NCBI GenBank assembly: GCA_029261065.1
Contig: JAJDCB010000026.1
Coordinates: 166,320-230,319, forward strand
From: Candidatus Omnitrophota bacterium
GTDB lineage: Bacteria > Omnitrophota > Gorgyraeia > Zapsychrales > Zapsychraceae
Direction of reading: 5' to 3'
DNA: 64,000 bases
The notes under the pieces are model-generated. The model was not told the origin of the DNA and made no database searches. It was given only the letters and a program-made list of their open reading frames with translations. Positions 59,300 to 64,000 of the stretch are shown here, in pieces. Each line of letters begins with the position of its first letter. The stretch's first letter is position 1. Made by a program: the position numbers and the translations under genes.

Positions 59300-59620
59300 T
59301 TGAAGTATTAAGTGGGTAACTTCAGAGGCCAAATAATATTGTCATGCTCAAATAAATAGCGTTTAGCTATTTTTTTGAGTGCTCAAACAACCTTCGCTCG
59401 ATAGGAAATAAGCAATAATAAAAGTTGTTTTGCTTATTTCCCTAGCTTTTTCTAAAATTAAGGGTCAAGGCCATATGATCACAAGAGCGAGTTCGTCGCA
59501 AAGCGACGTTGTCTGAGCGAATGATCATATGGCCTTGACCCTTAATTGATTGTAAGCTAGCGGCTTCGGAACTGCGCGTGACAACATTATTTAGCCTCTG
59601 AAGCTACCCACTTAAATTTC
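59300..59620. mobile_element. MITE-like non-coding element, copy 2 (~320 bp, inverted relative to copy 1)
   Basis: Terminal inverted repeats ATTAAGTGGGTAACTTCAGAGGCCAAATAATATTGTCATGC / reverse complement. Internal 20-bp-arm hairpin GGGTCAAGGCCATATGATCA...TGATCATATGGCCTTGACCC. Internal segments align with the reverse complement of 29931-30235. Confidence 0.55.
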
Positions 59621-59639
59621 CAAGGAACCTAAATAATCA

Positions 59640-61070
59640 ATGCTTTTTAACTCCCTAGAATTCCTCATATTCTTTACTATTGTTTACAGTCTCTATCTTG
59701 TTTGTAACCATCAATGGCAAAACCGAATGCTTTTGGTTGCGAGTTATGTCTTTTATGGTTGTTGGGACTGGCGATTTCTTTCTCTTATTTTTGTCTCAAC
59801 TCTTCTAGATTATGTCTGCGGCCTAAGAATGGCTTCACGGCCCAAAGATAAGCGAAAGATTTTTCTTTGGATCAGTTTAGGAGTTAATCTTACTCTCCTT
59901 GGTTTCTTTAAATACTTCAATTTTTTCACTGCAAATGTAATTGATTTTTTGGCGTTGATTAACGTTGATACCAATATCACCTTACTCAATATTATCCTTC
60001 CTGTCGGTATTTCTTTTTATACGTTTCAATCCCTGAGTTACACCATTGATATTTATAGGGGAGAGATCAAGCCTACGCGCAACTTTATTGATTTCGCCCT
60101 TTATGTTGCGTTGTTTACTCAATTAGTGGCGGGACCTATTGAGCGCGCTAAGCATTTATTACCTCAGGTGATTAAACCCCGCACAACATCAATGACGCAT
60201 TTTTATGAGGGATGTTTTTTAATTTTTTGGGGACTATTTGAGAAGATTTTTATTGCAGGGAATTTGGCCAAGATTGTAGATCCAATTTTTGCAGCAGAGG
60301 GCTCTTATGAAGGGTTGTCTGTTCTTGTTGGAATGTATGCGTTTTCTTTTCAAATTTTTTGTGACTTCGATGCGTATTCGAATATCGCCAAAGGATTGGG
60401 GCGATGTATGGGCTTTGATATCATGACTAATTTTAACTTGCCCTTTTTTGTCACCAACATGCAAGACTTTTGGAATCGTTGGCACATCTCTTTAAGTCTT
60501 TGGATACGAGACTATCTTTACTTTCCTCTTTTTCAAGCTTTAAAGAAGTTTAAAGGTAATATAAGAGTCTACATCACGTTATTGATTTCAATGACTCTTA
60601 TTGGTCTTTGGCATGGGGCGTCATGGAATTTTGTTGTGTTTGGTGTTTATCATGGGATCTTGCTGGCCATCTATGTGATGATCCGTCTGTATTGTCAGAC
60701 CTGGGTTAATCCGAAATCTCAATTGATGAAAGGTGTGTGGCATGTGGCGCGTGTCGTCTTTGCTTTTCATTTGATTGCCGTGGGAATGCTCATTTTTCGT
60801 GTGCAGACAATGGGACAGGCTGCGCGTATGCTGGGATCGCTTATAACAAACTTACAGTGTGATCAAACGGTAATAAATAGTTTTGTATTATTTCTTTTGA
60901 TTATCACACCACTTTTAGTCGTTCAGTTTGGACAACTTAAAACCAAGAATTTGATGTTTCTCTATAATCAACATTGGCTTGTTAAAACATTCGCATACGC
61001 CTTTATGAGTTATTTGCTTCTTGGCTGGGGGATTATGCAAACAGAGGAGTTTATTTACTTTCAATTTTAG
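59640..61070 (+). CDS. MBOAT-family membrane O-acyltransferase (DltB/AlgI/PatA-like)
   Basis: 476 aa, polytopic. Conserved His in LIGLWHGASWNFVVFG. Typical MBOAT core. Confidence 0.8.
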   Translation: MLFNSLEFLIFFTIVYSLYLVCNHQWQNRMLLVASYVFYGCWDWRFLSLIFVSTLLDYVCGLRMASRPKDKRKIFLWISLGVNLTLLGFFKYFNFFTANVIDFLALINVDTNITLLNIILPVGISFYTFQSLSYTIDIYRGEIKPTRNFIDFALYVALFTQLVAGPIERAKHLLPQVIKPRTTSMTHFYEGCFLIFWGLFEKIFIAGNLAKIVDPIFAAEGSYEGLSVLVGMYAFSFQIFCDFDAYSNIAKGLGRCMGFDIMTNFNLPFFVTNMQDFWNRWHISLSLWIRDYLYFPLFQALKKFKGNIRVYITLLISMTLIGLWHGASWNFVVFGVYHGILLAIYVMIRLYCQTWVNPKSQLMKGVWHVARVVFAFHLIAVGMLIFRVQTMGQAARMLGSLITNLQCDQTVINSFVLFLLIITPLLVVQFGQLKTKNLMFLYNQHWLVKTFAYAFMSYLLLGWGIMQTEEFIYFQF

Positions 61071-61073
61071 ACG

Positions 61074-62390
61074 ATGACACATTCAAAACATAATTCTATT
61101 TTTATAAAACTCTTTCGTATTTTTCTTTTTATCATCTTTTTAGAAGTTTTTCTTATTTGTGGGGGTGTGATTACGAAAGCTTATCAAGACCAGCACAATA
61201 AAAGGAGTTTGGGTAAGGACTATGAATATCGTATTTTAGTGTTGGGCGATTCCTTAAGCCACGCTGGAGGAGTGGATTCTTATCCGCTTCAATTAGAGAG
61301 ACTGCTCAATAAATCTCAATCAGACGTAATTTTTAAAGTCATTAATGAATCTTATCCTGCTCAGAACTCTAATATCATTCGAGAGAAAATTGATGAATGG
61401 ATTAACGAATACCAGCCGCATCTCGCTGTCACGATGTTTGGTATGAATGACGATGTTGATTTGGTGGCCTTTGATCAAAGGGATGAACCGCAAACTTTAA
61501 GTGCGACACTTAATAAATTTAAAGTTATGCGTTTAACCAAAAGCCTTTGGAAAGATATCATAAATCATTTTTCAGATGAGAGTGATGAAGCGCTCAGCAT
61601 GGAGAAGAATGATACGAAAGAAGCTCAAGATCAACCTAAAACAGGACCTGTTCCGCCTAAGTTTTCTTCCTTTATGATGCAAGGTATCAAATTGAATCAA
61701 CAGGGACAATATGCGCCAGCAGAGAAGATCTTTAAAGTGCTGTCACAAACAAATTTTGATGATACCTTCACCAAACGCTCGAATCGAGAATATTACAACA
61801 GTCTTTTTGGACAAAAGAAGTTTGAACAAGCCGTTAGGCAACTGAAACCATTTTTTCAAGATGACGCATGGGATTTTTTCGCCAGTGAAAGAGTAAAAAT
61901 TTTATGTAAAGATTCACAAGCAGCCCAACATACAATCACGATGTTTAAAACGATGATTCAAGAACGCCCCAAGGCAGAACGTTTTTACAATCTAACGGGA
62001 GCTTGTCACGCCGCCCAAAATCAAAACAAAGAAGCTGATCAATATTTTCAAGAAGCCAAAAAATTAAGTTCAAGCTCCATCAATCCCGTCACACAAGACA
62101 ATTATTTGTATGTCATAGATCGTTTAACCGAAAACAATATCTACATTGTTGCCATGCAATATCCAAGAAGAGATATCGAACCTCTAAAAAACATGCTTCG
62201 TTCATCAAGTACATTCGCAGACATTCATTTCGTTGATAACGATCAAACATTTGAATCTGCACTATCCAGCAAATCCTACGATGAGATCTTTATCGATCGA
62301 TCATTTGGAGACTTTGGACATTGTTCAGAAGAAGGCTATGCTCTTATTGCAGAGAATTTAGCAGGAGTTATTAAAGATATTGTTTATTAG
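61074..62390 (+). CDS. Membrane-anchored SGNH/GDSL-type esterase/transferase with a helical (TPR-like) insertion (DltD/AlgJ-like)
   Basis: N-terminal TM. Block I GDSLS (VLGDSLSHAGG). Block III GMND (FGMNDD). Block V DxxH near the C-terminus (GDFGH). ~250-aa helical insertion between blocks III and V. Confidence 0.6.
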   Translation: MTHSKHNSIFIKLFRIFLFIIFLEVFLICGGVITKAYQDQHNKRSLGKDYEYRILVLGDSLSHAGGVDSYPLQLERLLNKSQSDVIFKVINESYPAQNSNIIREKIDEWINEYQPHLAVTMFGMNDDVDLVAFDQRDEPQTLSATLNKFKVMRLTKSLWKDIINHFSDESDEALSMEKNDTKEAQDQPKTGPVPPKFSSFMMQGIKLNQQGQYAPAEKIFKVLSQTNFDDTFTKRSNREYYNSLFGQKKFEQAVRQLKPFFQDDAWDFFASERVKILCKDSQAAQHTITMFKTMIQERPKAERFYNLTGACHAAQNQNKEADQYFQEAKKLSSSSINPVTQDNYLYVIDRLTENNIYIVAMQYPRRDIEPLKNMLRSSSTFADIHFVDNDQTFESALSSKSYDEIFIDRSFGDFGHCSEEGYALIAENLAGVIKDIVY

Positions 62391-62530
62391 GCGAATCTAG
62401 GCGAATCACGCAAATTAAGTGTAAAGCGATATGATCATTCGCTCAGACAAACTCCCTTCGGTCGTAACTCGCTCGGTGATCATATCGCTTTACACTTAAC
62501 GGAAGAGTCGGCGAAGAGAGAATGTATCTT
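62391..62530. mobile_element. Solo hairpin module of the MITE family (copy 3)
   Basis: Perfect 21-bp arms AAGTGTAAAGCGATATGATCA...TGATCATATCGCTTTACACTT (62417-62507). Shares the ATATGATCATTCGCTCRGAC core with copies 1 and 2. Confidence 0.45.
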
Positions 62531-62590
62531 CACATATTTTGCGATTTATGATATATTGACGTTCCATTAAACAATTTAATATTTTTCCCA

Positions 62591-62887
62591 ATGATCAACG
62601 AAGAACAAGTAACCGAAGCCATTTATGCAGCTATTGATTCGGTTAATGAAACCTTACCAGCTGAGAAGCACATTAAAAAAGCCTTAGATACTGTTTTATT
62701 TGATATTGATGGTTATGTGGACTCTTTGGGTTTAACGATTTTAGTTGTTGCTATTGAACGAAAGGTTGATGAGATGTTTAATCAAAGCATCAATCTGATG
62801 AACGAACAACCAATGGCAACAAGCACCGGTCCATTTTCTAATGTCAAAAATTTAATTGATCACGTGAAAGTTTTATTAGAGGAATAA
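62591..62887 (+). CDS. Acyl/peptidyl carrier protein (DltC-like)
   Basis: 98 aa. Phosphopantetheine-attachment Ser motif (DGYVDSLGLTILVVAIE). Confidence 0.6.
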   Translation: MINEEQVTEAIYAAIDSVNETLPAEKHIKKALDTVLFDIDGYVDSLGLTILVVAIERKVDEMFNQSINLMNEQPMATSTGPFSNVKNLIDHVKVLLEE

Positions 62888-62890
62888 TAT

Positions 62891-64000
62891 ATGGATCCTC
62901 AAAAAATTCTTTTGATTTCAGATTTTAATTGCGAAATTCTTAAAGGTTATCTGGATAACAACGCGGAAGTTCCTTCATTGCAAGCTTCATGCTCCACTTT
63001 TGGCCAACCCATTCAAACCCTATTAAATCCTTCCGATCCTATTTGGCAATCAAAATATGATGCGTTATTGATTTGGACGCAGCCGCAGGCTGTCATTGAA
63101 TCGTTTCATGATTGTCTTAATTTCAAACACCCTTCTCTCGATACCATCCTTAATCAAGTCGATGAGTATGCTGATATTATTTTAGAGAATAAAACAAAGG
63201 CTTCGCATATCTTTATCCCTACATGGAGCGTTCCTTCATGTTTTCGTGGTTTTGCCCTTCTTGATCATAAACAAACAGGCATCGCGTATGTTCTTTCACA
63301 AATGAATGCGCGCTTAGCATCTCGTTTTATGAATGAAGACAATATTTTCATTTTAGATTCTCAAAAATGGATTGAATCCGTCGGGCCAAAGGCTTTTAAT
63401 TCTAAGATGTGGTATCTTTCTAAGACACCTTTTGATCTGACTGTTTTGCAAAAAGTGGCTGTGGATATTAAAGCAGCATTGTGCGCCTTAGCTGGGCAGA
63501 CAAAGAAATTGGTTATTGTCGATCTTGATGACACCCTTTGGGGAGGCATTGTTGGAGATGTGGGTTGGGAACATTTACGTTTAGGGGGACATGATGCGAT
63601 CGGGGAGGCTTATCTTGATTTTCAAAAGGCTTTGAAATCTTTAACCAACCGAGGCATTCTTCTCGGTATCGTTAGTAAGAATGAAGAATCGATCGCCCTT
63701 GATGCTATTGATCAAAATCCTGAAATGTTTCTAAAGCGGGAAAACTTTGCTGCTTGGCGCATTAATTGGGACGACAAGGTTCAAAATATTTTAGATTTAG
63801 TTGAAGAGCTCAATTTAGGATTACAATCAGTTGTTTTTATTGATGATAATCCCGTTGAACGTGCCCGGGTTAAAGAGGTTTTACCGGAATTGCTCGTGCC
63901 TGACTGGCCTAAAGATCATTCTCTTTTTAAAGAGACCCTTCTTTCGATGTCTTGTTTTGATCAAAGTGTGTTAACAGAAGAAGATAGCAAGCGTAATGAA
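62891..64000 (+). CDS. FkbH-like HAD-superfamily (subfamily IIIC) loader enzyme, N-terminal ~370 aa (continues beyond window)
   Basis: Open frame from the ATG at 62891 to the window end. HAD motif I LVIVDLDDTLWGGIVGD. Motif III SKNEES. Motif IV IDDNPVE. FkbH-like N-terminal domain. Confidence 0.6.
   Translation, partial: MDPQKILLISDFNCEILKGYLDNNAEVPSLQASCSTFGQPIQTLLNPSDPIWQSKYDALLIWTQPQAVIESFHDCLNFKHPSLDTILNQVDEYADIILENKTKASHIFIPTWSVPSCFRGFALLDHKQTGIAYVLSQMNARLASRFMNEDNIFILDSQKWIESVGPKAFNSKMWYLSKTPFDLTVLQKVAVDIKAALCALAGQTKKLVIVDLDDTLWGGIVGDVGWEHLRLGGHDAIGEAYLDFQKALKSLTNRGILLGIVSKNEESIALDAIDQNPEMFLKRENFAAWRINWDDKVQNILDLVEELNLGLQSVVFIDDNPVERARVKEVLPELLVPDWPKDHSLFKETLLSMSCFDQSVLTEEDSKRNE

Overview
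64 kb chromosomal window from an AT-rich diderm bacterium of uncertain lineage; LptE-like, Lnt, LpxL-family, MurJ and PilT are present, and many genes lack a Shine-Dalgarno sequence. The backbone is housekeeping: mntH 3' end, purH, folC, mnmE, mnmG, cysK, thiSGH, leuS, holA, rpsT (TTG start), rpsU (missed by the ORF track), murJ, uvrC, prfB with its programmed +1 frameshift, secA and lnt. Accessory content is interleaved: (i) a c-di-GMP PilZ pair followed by a GH94-like phosphorylase, a sugar ABC importer, a clan GH-A hydrolase and a LacI regulator; (ii) three paralogous secreted proteins built from a ~130-aa helical repeat ending in GWFWKPAEAA, one fused to the hydrolase; (iii) three type II toxin-antitoxin loci, VapBC intact and two HigBA-like pairs with damaged toxins; (iv) a family of GC-rich palindromic REP-like repeats (core ATTCCCGCGAAAGCGGGAAT) at at least 8 intergenic sites; (v) a family of ~300-bp MITE-like elements with terminal inverted repeats and an internal CATATGATCA hairpin (3 copies); (vi) a gene bracketed by ~25-bp inverted repeats; (vii) at the 3' end, a Dlt-like cluster (MBOAT, DltD-like SGNH, DltC-like carrier protein) in which an FkbH-like HAD loader stands where DltA would be. 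The last cluster, bracketed by MITE copies, is the best candidate for an undescribed surface-polymer esterification system. All calls are by eye from sequence and motifs; no searches were run.
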